A stretch of 64,000 bases of DNA from the NCBI RefSeq assembly GCF_004010195.1, contig NC_057751.1, positions 8,871,611-8,935,610 of the forward strand, written 5' to 3'. The notes beneath the pieces were generated by a model, which saw only the letters and a list, made by a program, of their open reading frames with translations, made no database searches and was not told the DNA's origin. Position 1 is the first letter of the stretch. Every line of letters begins with the position of its first letter. This DNA comes from Chiloscyllium plagiosum (Eukaryota). Positions 39,700-52,059 of this stretch are shown here, in pieces. A program made the translations under genes and the position numbers.

Positions 39700-40520
39700 G
39701 TTACCCCGGGAGATATAGAAAGAAAAGATAGACGAGAATAAATTTGGATGCAGTGTAACTCACGTGAGTGTCAGTGCATGAGACAAAACACACCGAGAAA
39801 GAAGAAATCACAAAAACAAAATGAGATACAATGGTGTTTACGGAGAAAAAGACTGATGGAGATAGAGATTTTTTAAAAAAAAAATTGAATGTCAATTTAA
39901 CAGTAACAGGTCCGGAGAGAGAAACAACGAAATAAAAAGTGGCACAGAGAAGGACAAAGACAGATCGTGACAGAGACAGGGACAAGGAGCGACAGTGTCA
40001 AACAGTTACACCGAGATTAACAGAAATGGAGAGTAATACAGAATAACAGAGACATTGGCAGGAAACAAGAGGGACAGTGACTTCAGAAAGAGGGAATAGG
40101 ATATATATATACTGACAGGAACAGAAGGAAACGACGAAAGAGAGACAGGAGAACAATGACTGATGCAGGCAGAGTGACAGGGATAGAGAGATCTGGTGAC
40201 ACTAGTCGAATAAGCGGGGGAGGGGAATGCAGGGACACAGAGAGAGTTGTCCACTTGAGTGACGCAAAAAAGTAGTGACAGGTAAAAGTGACAGAGGCAG
40301 AGATGTAGACAGATGGAAAGTAACACAAGGGTGACAGAGACAGAGTGACAAGAGCTTAGAGGGAGACATGGGCACTGAATTGCGGATACATTAATGCAGT
40401 AGGAATGGCAAGAACAAGCGCAGAGCTCGGAGAGAAAGTAGCAGGAACAGAGATTTTAAAAAAGGAACCGAGACAGAAAGACAACTAATGAACGAGAAAG
40501 AAATTGATGAATTGAGAGTG
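39700..40520 (+). repeat. Purine-rich low-complexity tract (GACAGA/GAGA-like degenerate repeats)
   Basis: Strong A/G skew with recurring gacag/gtgaca units. Confidence 0.7.
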
Positions 40521-40639
40521 CATGACCTCCCCAACAGACACGCGCACACAATGGATTATAACACCCCCAAACACTATATCAATCAGCGTGAATCTTTGAA
40601 TTTAGACTGTTTTAACTGACTTTCTACATTCCATCCCTA

Positions 40640-41275
40640 TATTATGGTAATAACATGCCTCCTATTGGTAACAGCTGGGAGAAAGGCGTGCATAAATCAC
40701 ATACTTTATCCAATCTGAAACTCGCCAACACTGATCCAGAAAGCAGAAATGTCGTCGAGACTCCTTCTCCACGCCCCCCGAGCTGTCAGTTAGTGCTGCG
40801 GCCCTCCCGCAGTGGGAATCATTCATTAGAGTCAGGACTTTGCGGAATGGAGCTATAGATGTCAGAGCCGGTGAGCGACTCCGAGGCCTCTCACCTCTGC
40901 ATCTCCATCGCCCTGGATTAAGGGCACTTTCTATTTGTGCGCGGATCAATGTCTCCCCCGTCTTCGGCAAGCAGATGAGGCTTGTTAGCCCGTGATCGAT
41001 TCCTCGATGGTTTTCTGCTTGAAGGATGACAACACCCAGAGGAGAATAAATCTCCAAAAAAACTTCACTGTTAACCGCCTCAGCGAACTCTGTGACACTG
41101 GAGATCTTTTTAAAAACAACTTCTAACCAAATCTGTGCAACTTGGTGTGAGAGAGAGTGGCATAGCGCTTTCTACTCTGGGATTTTTTTTTCACTCAAGA
41201 AGGATTCTGCTATCGTCCATTTTTAGATCTCTGTTCTTTTGAAAACGGAGTTCTAATTCTGAACTATTATTTTAA
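40640..41275 (+). promoter_or_regulatory. EBF2: EBF2 proximal promoter/5'UTR
   Basis: CpG-rich, with ATTGG near 40664, CCAAT near 40710 and a GC-rich element near 40772, immediately upstream of the ATG. TSS not determinable. Confidence 0.55.
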
Positions 41276-41406
41276 ATGTTTGGGATTCAGGACCACTTAC
41301 CGAGAGGAGCTGATATCAAGGACAAATCGACTGGGAGTGGAATGGACGCTGTTCGATCTTGGGTCCGGACCGTAGGGGTGGTGGCTGCTAATGTCGCGGC
41401 ACAGAG
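41276..41406 (+). CDS. EBF2: EBF2/COE2 coding exon 1 ([43 protein letters not shown])
   Basis: MFGIQD...VRSWVR.VGVV.ANVAAQ matches EBF2; 131 nt; donor AG|gtacgg. Confidence 0.95.
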
Positions 41407-43132
41407 GTACGGTAAACAACAAACTAAAGTAAAACTACACGGCAGGTTGATTATACATTCAAATAATCTTTGTTTTGGCTGACCACCACACTAAACTCCA
41501 ACACCCTACCTCCCTCGCACGGCTGAGAAACCCCCTAACAGCTCATGGGCAGCCCAAAATAAACGAAACGCAATTCCTTTCAGTTTTCGACATTTTAAAT
41601 CCAACAGACAAAAAAAAATACTGAAGGACCAATATTAGAATTTAGTTTGTGTTTGTTGTGGGACCTGAAACAAGAGGGGGAGTTGTTGTTATTGGTGATG
41701 GTGGGAGGGGGGGTGCGTGCGGGGGGCGTGGGAGTTGGTGAGACAATTAATTTTATGGAACAAGGCAGCGACAATTCTGCTTGTCCCTCCAGTACAACAG
41801 TCATCTCCAGGTGTACCGAGGAGATATTTCATTAAACTGTTGTACCAGATGTTCAATGATAGGTTAAAATGGGAGAGGCAATCGCGCGCTCTTTAACATT
41901 GACCGCACGGGTTTTTTTTATAAAAAAAAGAGGACAAAAGGCAAATTTGAAATTATTGGCTCGAATCTTTGGGCAAGGTTTGCTGAATATCCCTCCCAGG
42001 TGTAACAGGATCCAAGGACCTCAAAGCGCACTGACGATATTTTGAAAGAGCCGCAACTTGAGCCAGGCGGAATTGACAATCTCTTAAGATGCTGTTTTAG
42101 GAACTCAACGAATCATTATATCTACACTCAATCCAAAACAATCACCTGCACTTTGTAGCAACACTACTTTAAGTCGTTTTTTTTTGGTAAGGTTAAAATA
42201 AGTACAAATCTTAGGACCTTCAGTAATATTTTTAAAAAGCTGATTAAGTTTTTTTAAAAATCTCCTGGCCGAGTTCATAATTTGAAGAGGTTTGGCTCCA
42301 GCACGCACAGTTTCTCCTTTTCTCCAATTGGTCAATTTGAAATGAAATTCACTTCTTGAAAAGTCAAATATTTTTTCAATAAAACCCAACAACAACATGA
42401 GATGGAGAATTCAGTCATACGCACCCGTCCGGTGTGCAGGATGACGCGGAATTATTTTCCCCACTCGCTAAACGTTCCCTCAGCGACTCAATTCCCTTCA
42501 CTCTCAGTTACTGTGCAAGAATCGCTGACGGCTCCAAATTATCCATCTTCTGTTCATGCCCTCTCCGTTCAAACTGACTGTCAATCATGTTCTGAGAGGA
42601 TTTTTCTGATCTTAATATTCTAAAATTAAATAACGTTGCGTCCTTTGCTTTTTTGGACAGAAACGTTCTATGTTTCCGATTTCCTTTAACTTCCAGAGAT
42701 ACTTCTGTTGAATGATAAAACAATTCCTCTTTATATCTTTTTATTGCCAGCATTGTAAATTGGTTGTGGTGCACTTATGTTCTCTGGCCTGTTCATCATT
42801 TCACATGAAAAGACTGCAATTGTGTGTGTGGTAAATGTCGGGAGTGAATAATAGCGCGGATGTAAGTTTCTAAACGACACATACTTAAATTGCCAGTGCG
42901 TGAAACACACAAAATTTCAATTTTAAACCAATCAATTGGAGAAACAGATTCTGACAAAACACGTTTCTCTGTTTTTTTCCTTTCATATGAAGTTGCCAAA
43001 TAGGCGACAGACCTCCGATTCCGCCACGCATTTTGTTTATTTCATTTGTATCCTTGTTAGAGGGAACGGGGTTTATTCTGTGGCATGAAGTTGGCCGTGA
43101 GGCTATACATGCGCACCTCAACAGATAAATGA

Positions 43133-43426
<294 letters not shown>

Positions 43427-44578
43427 TAGTTGCCAATAACTTGTGTTGCACCCTCAGTGTGGTCATGGGTGAAACGTGTATTTTCTCAATTTTTAGAAAG
43501 CGGGCTGTTTCACAGGCTAAATATTTCCGTGTGTGTTCCTTGTTAAATAAACCACCTGCACATTCCAGGTTTGCGCGCTCAACAGCATACTTCTTCCGCC
43601 TGAAGGAAATCAAAATAGTTACGTCCAATAAATGGCCTTTCTTAAGTGTTAAATCTTCGAGAACATAACCTTGTCTCAAATTCCAACTGTGATCAAAAGA
43701 ACAATAGAGCTGCTCGCCAAAGAGTGTTCAATCACAGAACGGAATCCAAGTTTAAAACGAGGAATTCACTCAAGAACGCGCTCCACATCTTTGCATCACA
43801 GTCTGCATTTGAGATGTTATCGATCGGTTCTCAGATCACAGAGTCTGATCCGCTCCACGGTGTCGAGCGAGAATGCCGGTCTGGGAACACACCCGGTTCA
43901 AGGAGACTTGACTCACGGGAGTTTTACACCGCTCCAAGTTGAATTTCACAGTGACCCACGGCCAGAATTGCCAGTGGACGTCCGGCTGGACATATTCTAA
44001 CGTTAAGAGTCTTTCACCTGATGGCGTTATCCCAAAATAAACAGAGGCAGAGTGAGCTCTTGCTTCTTGAACATACGAAAGAATTTGTAACTTTTCAGAG
44101 AACATGATCTGCTGAAATTGGGCCGGAAACAAAAGTTTCAATTTTCAACCTTGGGCATTATGTTGGGGTTAAACGGTCAAACTCTGTCCTGTGATTTCCC
44201 AATTTCAGAGTATTTTGACCAACTTTACTTTCGTAGACAATCATCGCTGCTCATCCTGGTCAGTTTCGCGTCCGTTAAACGCCCATTTAAAAAGATTGCA
44301 ACTCTTTTGCGAATAATAGTCACTCACCAGCCCCCTCCCGGAATTTCAAAAGCCACGCTAGAATTTGAAATGTTTTACATTGAATCTCAGGGTCGACAGG
44401 GGAAGTGGTGACGATCATATGTTGTTGCACTCAAAGGTTTAACCTCAGTCGATTTTCAAGTCTTAAATCTTGCAAGTGCTGCCGATTAATTAACTTTGTA
44501 ACTGCGGTGACGGTTTCCCTTAAAACGTTACAGACCAAGGAAAACGTGAACATCTAAATGATGTTAAATCTTTTTCAG

Positions 44579-44642
44579 GAGCCGGGAAACGACAAAACTA
44601 ACAATGGGACACATTACAAGCTGCAGCTGCTCTACAGTAATG
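44579..44642 (+). CDS. EBF2: EBF2 exon 3 (EPGNDKTNNGTHYKLQLLYSN)
   Basis: tttttcag|GAG...AATG|gtaagt; 64 nt; NNGTHYK is EBF2-type. Confidence 0.97.
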
Positions 44643-45922
44643 GTAAGTCCGTCCCGAAAATCGTGCAATTAGCCAGCGCAAGGAGGTCATCCGTCTCTGT
44701 TAAATCGCGACAATATAAAATATCTGGGGCGATTGCTTGTATTTGGCCCCAGTTCTTCCGAACGCAGTACTGAGCGCGAATGGTAAAGACAGGAATGGAA
44801 GAAAATGGAACAAACCATGTTAACCCCGGTCTGCAACTCCTGTAACCCGTACTGTTTATTGACATCAACTATTTCAAAACATAAAAATTCAAATTATTTA
44901 CAACTCTGCCCAATCATTCAATTGAATATACATTTAATCTCATTGCAGTGACTGGTCGGGCGAAATTTAAACTCGTTCAAAACCTACCTACTGCAAAAAG
45001 TTAAAATCGGCTCCAACTTTCCGACTTTGTGTGTGCATAGGTCGGTTCTGGAAAGGCTAACTTTCAGCCGTTCATTAATGAAACTAACGGGGGGAGGGGA
45101 AGTTCCCGCTTGCTTCACGCACACAGGCTGAAAGGGATTACTATTTCCTTACAACACCGAGAGCACCCTAGAAATAGACTGCAGAAAATCAGGGACAGTC
45201 GTCAATCCATTAGAATAACCCTTAGCAGCGTGTTTTATTCAAAAATAATAACGCCTGCTTCAGCCGACTTGTTTTAACCAAATACTCCATCTCATCAACT
45301 AGACAAAGGAGAGCTACTGAACATGACCTATTTGGATTTCAAAAAGGCCTTTCGCAGAAAGCTGTGAAATAAGATCAGATTCCATGGTGCTCGGGGCAAA
45401 ATACTGACGTGGATGGAGGACTGGCTGACTGACAGAAGGCAGAGAGTTGGGATAAAGGGGTCTTTTTTCAAGACAGCAGCCGGTGACAAGTGGAATTCCG
45501 CAGGGGTCAGTGTTGGGAGCACAACCATTCACCTGGTACATCTGGGCGAAGGAAGTAAGGGCATTGTTGCTAAACTTGCAGATAGGCGGAGAGACAGGAA
45601 GTGTTGAGGGGGCCAGAGACTGTGGAAAGACTTGGACAGGCTCGGAGAGTGAGCAAAGTAGTGGGAGAGGGAATACAATGTGGGAAAGTGTGAGGTCATG
45701 TCGAAGAATGGATGCAAAGACTATTTTCGAAATGAAAGGTTTTGGAAATCTGAAGCACAAAGGAACTCGAGAGTCTTAATTCAGAACTCTCTTCAAGTTA
45801 ACTTGATGTTCAGTTGGCAGTTAGAGAGCAAATGCAGTGTTAGCATTCATTTTGAGGGGCAGAATACAATAGCAGGGGTGTACTGCTGATGCTGTGTAAG
45901 GTCTGGTCAGACTGTATTTATA

Positions 45923-46106
45923 GAGATAAAGTGAGGACTGCAGATGCTGGAGATCAGAGCTGAAAATGTGTTGCTGGAAAAGCGCAGCAGGTCAGGCAGC
46001 ATCCAAGGAACAGGAGAATCGACGTTTCGGGCATAAGCCCTTCTTCAGGAATTCTCCTGTTCCTTGGATGCTGCCTGACCTGCTGCGCTTTTCCAGCAAC
46101 ACATTT
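45923..46106. mobile_element. Fold-back mini-element, family A, with intact hammerhead core on the minus strand
   Basis: 16-bp TSD TCAGACTGTATTTATA at 45907-45922 and 46107-46122, 37-nt tail, core at 46048-46021. Confidence 0.9.
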
Positions 46107-46568
46107 TCAGACTGTATTTATAATATTGTGAGCATTTTTGGGACCTGTCTCTGTGGAAGGATATGCTGGCCCTGAAGGGAGTCCAGAGGAGGTTCACAAA
46201 AATAATCCCAAAATTGTAGAGGAGCTTGTTGTATGAGGAAGGTTAAAGACAGGATCTGTACTCAATGAGTTCAGAAGCATGGGTGGGAATGAGGTGGGAT
46301 GGGCGGGGGTGGCGGAGCTCATTGGAATTTACAAAATACTGAGAGGACTGGACAGCGTGGACGTGGAGAAGATGTTTCCACTAATGGGAGAGACTAAGAT
46401 CCGAGGGCACAGCCTCACAGTGAAGGGATAGAACTGAGATGAGGAGGAACTTCTTCAGACAGAGGGTGGCAAACCCGTGGAATTCATTGCTGCAATTGGC
46501 TGTGGGAGACCAAGTCATTGAGAGTATGTAAGATAGAGATGGATTGGTTCTTGATGAGTGAGGGAATG

Positions 46569-46692
46569 GAGTTTTGAGAAGATTTGTAGCTCAGGTTGAG
46601 GTTCTGGATGCAGGCTTGCTCGCTGAGCTGGAAGGTTCGTTTTCAAACGTTTGAAAACGAAACTTCCAGCTCAGCGAGCAAGCCTGCATTCA
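46569..46692. mobile_element. Fold-back mini-element, family B
   Basis: Near-perfect palindrome 46605-46692 centred on AAACGTTT, 36-nt tail, degenerate 11-bp TSD (AGTGAGGGAAT / AGTACGGGAAT). Its sequence is the 3' end of the PLE at 8085-8885. Confidence 0.8.
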
Positions 46693-47455
46693 GTACGGGA
46701 ATCGAAAGTTACTGGGAGAAGGCAGGATGGGGTTGAGAAACATATCAGCCACGGTCGAAGGACGAGCAGACTTGATGGGCTGAGTGGCCTGATTCTGCTC
46801 CGACATCTTAGGGTGTTACGGCGACATTTCAAAATAGGTCATCCTTTTGAGTTCTTTTTTTTTCTCAATTATTAGCCTGAGATCTTGTGAAGGATTAGGA
46901 ACTATATGGCATGACATAGGCACAGTCTGAGTAATTTCTTCTCTCAGAGGGCAGTGAATCTGCGTAATTCTTCACTATAGTGGGCTGGAGAGGCTGCGTT
47001 ATTCAGTACAGTGAAGACAACATTTTCGACAAATTTTGAACCAGTCAGGGAACCAAGAGTGAAAATGTGAAAATCAATGGAGAAAAAGCAAGGGGAGTTG
47101 GGGGTTATCGGTTCAACTATAATCTCAGTAACTCGATGGGTTGGATGGCCTACTTCTAGTCCCCCACCTTATTGACTGCAGGGGAGAGAGTCACTGAACA
47201 AATTAGTAACACATACAGTGGTGATTTTATGAAGCTCTGGTTCACACAAACATTGGTCATGGCCACGAAAAATAAATAAAGCGGAGATAAACTACTAGTG
47301 GCTATTCGAGATACAGTTGAACTCTGATTATTCACAACAACGAACATGTCGGGGTGACAACACTGCAACCTGTTCTCTGTCTGGTCAATTGCAAGTGTAT
47401 TAAGAAAAGCGAAAAGCAAAAGGTTTCTTGTTGCTGATGTTTTGCTTTTGTGCAG

Positions 47456-47511
47456 GTATGCGGACGGAACAAGACCTGTACGTGCGACTCATCGATTCAG
47501 TGACCAAGCAG
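47456..47511 (+). CDS. EBF2: EBF2 exon 4 (GMRTEQDLYVRLIDSVTKQ)
   Basis: tgtgcag|GT...CAG|gtacaa; 56 nt; in frame. Confidence 0.97.
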
Positions 47512-47974
47512 GTACAAAGATTGATTGCTTCCCCCCGATATTATCAATGACAAAGAGCATTGCACAAAACCCGCCAATTTCTTCCAAAACCACTATCCTG
47601 AAAGCAATATAAATGAAAGCGACGTGAAAAGTCAGCGGTGCAAGGCCGTGTCGAACCATTTGTTACGATTAAACGCACTGTCATCATAGTATTATGCAGA
47701 CAACAGATCTCATGGATCACATGTGTGCACCAGAAGTTCTTAGCCATTGAGTATTGACATGGAAAGCAAGTGTTACTGATATTCTAGCAGGGTGGGATCT
47801 AAGCAGCATGCATTGTAGACGCTTGGCGTGCGATCTTGAATCCTGCGAGTAAATGAGCATTTCAGGATAAATTATGATTTACAAGCCGAAAACATGCCAT
47901 TCTTGACGATACTTCAGTGCTTACTGGTGACAAATTTGCTTGCGAGAATCAGGCTAAGCTGTGTGCTCGAATAA

Positions 47975-48240
47975 AGGCAAAAGATGGTGGACACTGGAAA
48001 CCTGAGACAAAGGGAAAACGCCAGAGAAACCCGACAAGTCTGGCAGCAGCAGTGGAGGGTGAGACAGCGTTGATGTTTCGAGTCCAGTATGAGTCTGAAG
48101 TATAAAGTACTAGACTCATTCGGTGTTGGGGGATACATTCTGAAGAGAATGCTAGATTCCAAACTTTAAATCCGTTTCTCTCTCCGCGGAGGCTGCCATA
48201 CCCGCGGAGTTTCTCCAGCATTTTCTCTGTGTGTTTCAAC
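47975..48240. mobile_element. Old fold-back element related to family A
   Basis: Degenerate inverted arms (AGAGAAACCCGACAAGTCTGGCAGC / GCTGCCATACCCGCGGAGTTTCTC). Confidence 0.55.
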
Positions 48241-48549
48241 TGAATGCTCCCGCCCTCAAACATCCCATTGACAGTCTCGCTTTTTATTGTGTGGGCATTT
48301 CATTTTCTGCCATGTTGAATCCACATCCCCAAAATGCTGGGGTTCTGGATGACGACTCCAATTTTATTTCCACTACACGATGCCCCCGCACTCCATTGAC
48401 AATCTGGCCAGGAAAGGGAATGAAGGACACAGTTATCAGCAGGTGCAGAACTTCACACCAATTGCAGACCTGACTTGGAAAAGAGGGAGTAAATCTAGGG
48501 GAGAAAATGTCGTCCATTGTATTGTACAAGGATAGTCAAGGATAAGTGT

Positions 48550-48765
48550 TGAGAGTGTAGTGCTGGAAAAGCACAACAGGTCAGGCAGCATCCGAGGAAC
48601 AGGAAAATCGATGTTTCGGGCCAAAGCCCTTCAGCCCTGATGAAGGGCTCCGGCCCGGAACGTCGATTTTCCTGCTCCTCGGATGTTGCCTGATTTGCTG
48701 TGCTTTTCCAGCAACACACTGTCAACCCTGATCTCCAGCATCTGCAGAACTCACTGTCTCCCATG
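48550..48765. mobile_element. Fold-back mini-element, family A
   Basis: Inverted arms; plus-strand core CTGATGAAGGGCTCCGGCCCGGAACGTC at 48637-48664; partial TSD ATAAGTGT. Confidence 0.85.
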
Positions 48766-48832
48766 ACAAATAAGTGTGGTGACCTGGCTAATATGCTGAG
48801 GTGAACTGTAAATTACCAATATGCTAACGGGA

Positions 48833-49362
48833 GTTATAAAATCATGGGGGGCATGGATAGGATAAATAGACAAAGTCTTTTCCCTGGGGTGAGGGAGTCC
48901 AGAACGAGAGCCGAAAATGTGTTGCTGGAAAAGCGCAGCAGGTCAGGCAGCATCCAAGGAGCAGGAGAATCGATGTTTCGGGCATGAGCCAATGTGTTGC
49001 TTTTCCAGCAACACATTTTCGGCTCTGATCTCCAGCATCTGCAGTCCTCACCTTTTTCCAGAACGAGAGGGCATAGGTTTAGGCTGAGAGGGGAAAGATA
49101 TAAAAGAGACCTAAGAGGCAACTTCTTCACACAGAGAGTGGTATGTGTATGGAATGAGCTGCCAGAGGAAGTGGTGGAGGCTAGTACAATTGCAACATTT
49201 AAAAGGCATCTGGATGGGTAAAGAATAGGAAGGGTTTGGAGGGATATGGGCCGGGTGCTGGCAAGTGGGACTAGATTGGGTTTGGATATCTGGTTGGCAT
49301 GGACAAGTTGGACTGAAGGGTCTGTAGCCGTGCTGTACATCTCTATTACTCTATGACTCTAT
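48833..49362 (+). mobile_element. CR1 3' end containing a family-A hairpin (48911-49056)
   Basis: 13-bp TSD TCCAGAACGAGAG at 48898-48910 and 49057-49069; CR1 tail CTCTATGACTCTAT. Confidence 0.88.
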
Positions 49363-49929
49363 AAAAGCAAAAAATATGTGGATGGAGGAAATCTGAAATA
49401 AAAATTAAAAACAACTGAAAATTCTCAGTCAGTCAGGAGAGAGAAATAAAGACAACATTTGAGATTGGTGACCTTTCACCAGAACGACAAATACATATTT
49501 CATTTATAAAGTATATTGAGCTGATACTTGCTCACACATTTCATGGTCATTTGTATGAAGTCATCCCAGCAATGCATATATGGTTGGTCTTCCTAATTTG
49601 TTCATTTATTTGATGAGTTTTTGCACTGAAGGAATGGAAAGAATATCCATTTTCACCCAAGTCACGTAAATGTCAATTAATCAAATACAGAATGCTTTAT
49701 CACAGATATTCCCTCTCTGCCTCAACAATGCCCAAATCACTAAGCACAAATCGTCCCTCGAACCCCTGTGTGAATTTCTTTCAATTTTCATGCCAGACGT
49801 GCCTGAAGCCACTGAGTCAGTTTACGCTTTATGATGTTGGGTCACATTCATGAGCTGTGACTCCCCCAAAACATGTTTCACTTGGGAGTCTAAGAGCCAA
49901 CAATCAGAAGAAATCTTATTTCGCTTGGG

Positions 49930-50043
49930 GATGAGCAGAGTTGACAGCAAAAGGAAATTTTCATCCGATCAGTCTGGGCCGAATTGAAACCCAAGTCTCA
50001 GAGGTGAAAGGATAGTGTCTAACCCAATGCACCAGCTCGTCCC
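49930..50043 (-). mobile_element. Old tRNA-derived SINE head
   Basis: A-box-like TGGTGCATTGG, then CCTTTCACCTCT, then B-box-like GGTTTCAATTC. Confidence 0.5.
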
Positions 50044-50710
50044 TTAAGTGTTCAATACATTTAACAGCTGTGCACAATATCCCCTGACGCCAACCAAGAA
50101 AAAGTTCTGTCAGGCTGTTCAAGGGAACTGTATACTACGAAGTGTAAATTACTCATCCATATAGTTACTCAAATTTGAAGTAGTACCTAATTTTTACTTT
50201 ATTAAGAGCACATATCTAAGCAGTTGCATTGTGACTTTATAAGCCATGGTCAGACCTTATTTGGTCAAAAACTATTTGAAAAGATGCTATTGGCAGAAGA
50301 GGCCATAAAAGTAGACAATCACGATTCAACCAGCTATCAGGATACTTAAGTTCATATGATGCTCAGTAATTGGATCACTGTTCTTTGGAAAAGTGAATTT
50401 AAATGTTAAAGAAGAAAAGGGAATTGCCAAATTTGTTAACTGCTCTGAAAACTCAAATATCAGGGGCATGTTCTGTGGAAAAATGCTAAAGGATAATTTT
50501 AAGTATGGAAAAAGTGATCAGGAAAACCCTGCCCAACAGACATGATGAGATGTATTTCTGGAGAGAGAAAGACTTGAAGTATCTGTTGGGGTGATGGTTT
50601 GGGGGGTGTGCTGGTTTCATGTTAAGCCCAAATAATTTTTCTTGTTCTTAACTTTCTTTAAGTTCCAAATGTTTTAGAGATTATCAACCTTACTCTAACT
50701 TTCATTACAG

Positions 50711-50784
50711 CCAATTGTCTACGAGGGTCAAAATAAAAACCCAGAAATGTGCCGGGTACTTCTCACACATGAAGTGATGTGCAG
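50711..50784 (+). CDS. EBF2: EBF2 exon 5 (PIVYEGQNKNPEMCRVLLTHEVMC)
   Basis: cattacag|CCA...GCAG|gtaagg; 74 nt; GQNKN and THEVMC are EBF2-type. Exon 6 was not seen in the window. Confidence 0.97.
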
Positions 50785-52059
50785 GTAAGGAAAACTCATT
50801 GGCAAATCAACCATGCCTTGTCTTGTACTTCAGTTGAAGCATGGTTATAGACTGACCCCGTAATGAAGAATGACTCTGGATCGATACGCGAGACACAAAC
50901 ATCACATTTAAGTTCAGCATCCTACTGTTTTATTGTATTGAATCTGTCTTGGGAATGGTTCAACATTGTGGACCAACTACAATGCTGTTAAATTGAAAGC
51001 TTGATTGAGAGAGAAAAAACCTTTAAAACAATCTGAGTTTGATATTTTTGCTAGGTGTTTTAGGGCTGATTTATTAAAGTGAGGGGACGTCATTTCAGGG
51101 CTCATCGGAGAAATGGCAATATTCCACAATGGACTTTGCAATTTATGATCCTGTACTCCAAATGGCTTACTGCTAACCCAAGAGCAAAGTGAAAGCTGGA
51201 GCTGATTGACATTGGTATCTTTGTTTGTTTCCCTGGAGTCATTTGAACCACTTATTCAGTACTGATGAGAATCTAAAGCTGATGCCCAATTTGATCCTGC
51301 CAGTTCCTGCTAACAGAGCTACGTCAAAATGATGTCACAATTCTGTCTTCACTAATCCAGAAAGAAAGATCATGGTAGTGAATCAATTCAACATTATCTT
51401 GAAGTGATTTCAGAACTAACTTTTGTTTCTGTAGAACATCATCACAATAGTCAAATGAGCCCTGCCTTACAGATAGCATCATCGTCTACTGTTCGAGTTC
51501 CCTGCATGCAGGGACAATGTAAACATGTGAAACTCTTAAACTTTCCTTTGTCATTCTACTGATTTTCAAAGTTGAAGCTTTTTAATCATCTCACGATTTG
51601 TTCCAAACGCACATTGTGTTTCTTTTTTTCTCTGCCATTTTGTGGATAATATCACAGATCTTGAATGCACAAGTCTTTCTAACTTCCATCTAAGTTTCTC
51701 CATCTGCCAGTTTTGGAATTCCTCTGTGTTTCTGCAGTTATCAATATCAAACTGAGAAACAGGTAATATTGTGGTGTAACAGAGCCAACTGTAGAAGGAG
51801 GTGTCAGTTCAATCACTCACTTGAACTGAATTAGCTGGAGTAACTGTGGTGCTATCATTGGGCTATGGAGTGGAACAAAGATCTGCTCGGACACCACAAA
51901 TGTCAGAAGATATAATCTACAATCTGTCCTTTGTGTCTTTAATTCCCCGTTAATGCAAATCTCGTCAAATTCAACACATGGTGACCAAATCAGATGACCT
52001 CTATTCTAAAAACCATTGGAAAGAAGGCTGTATGTTATCCTGATGAGGCATTGAGATAT

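Larger units (their letters stand above)
45300..47160 (+). mobile_element. CR1 RT/3' fragments in EBF2 intron 3
   Basis: YLDFKKAF, SGIPQGSVLG and CR1 3' ends; hosts two hairpin insertions. Confidence 0.85.
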
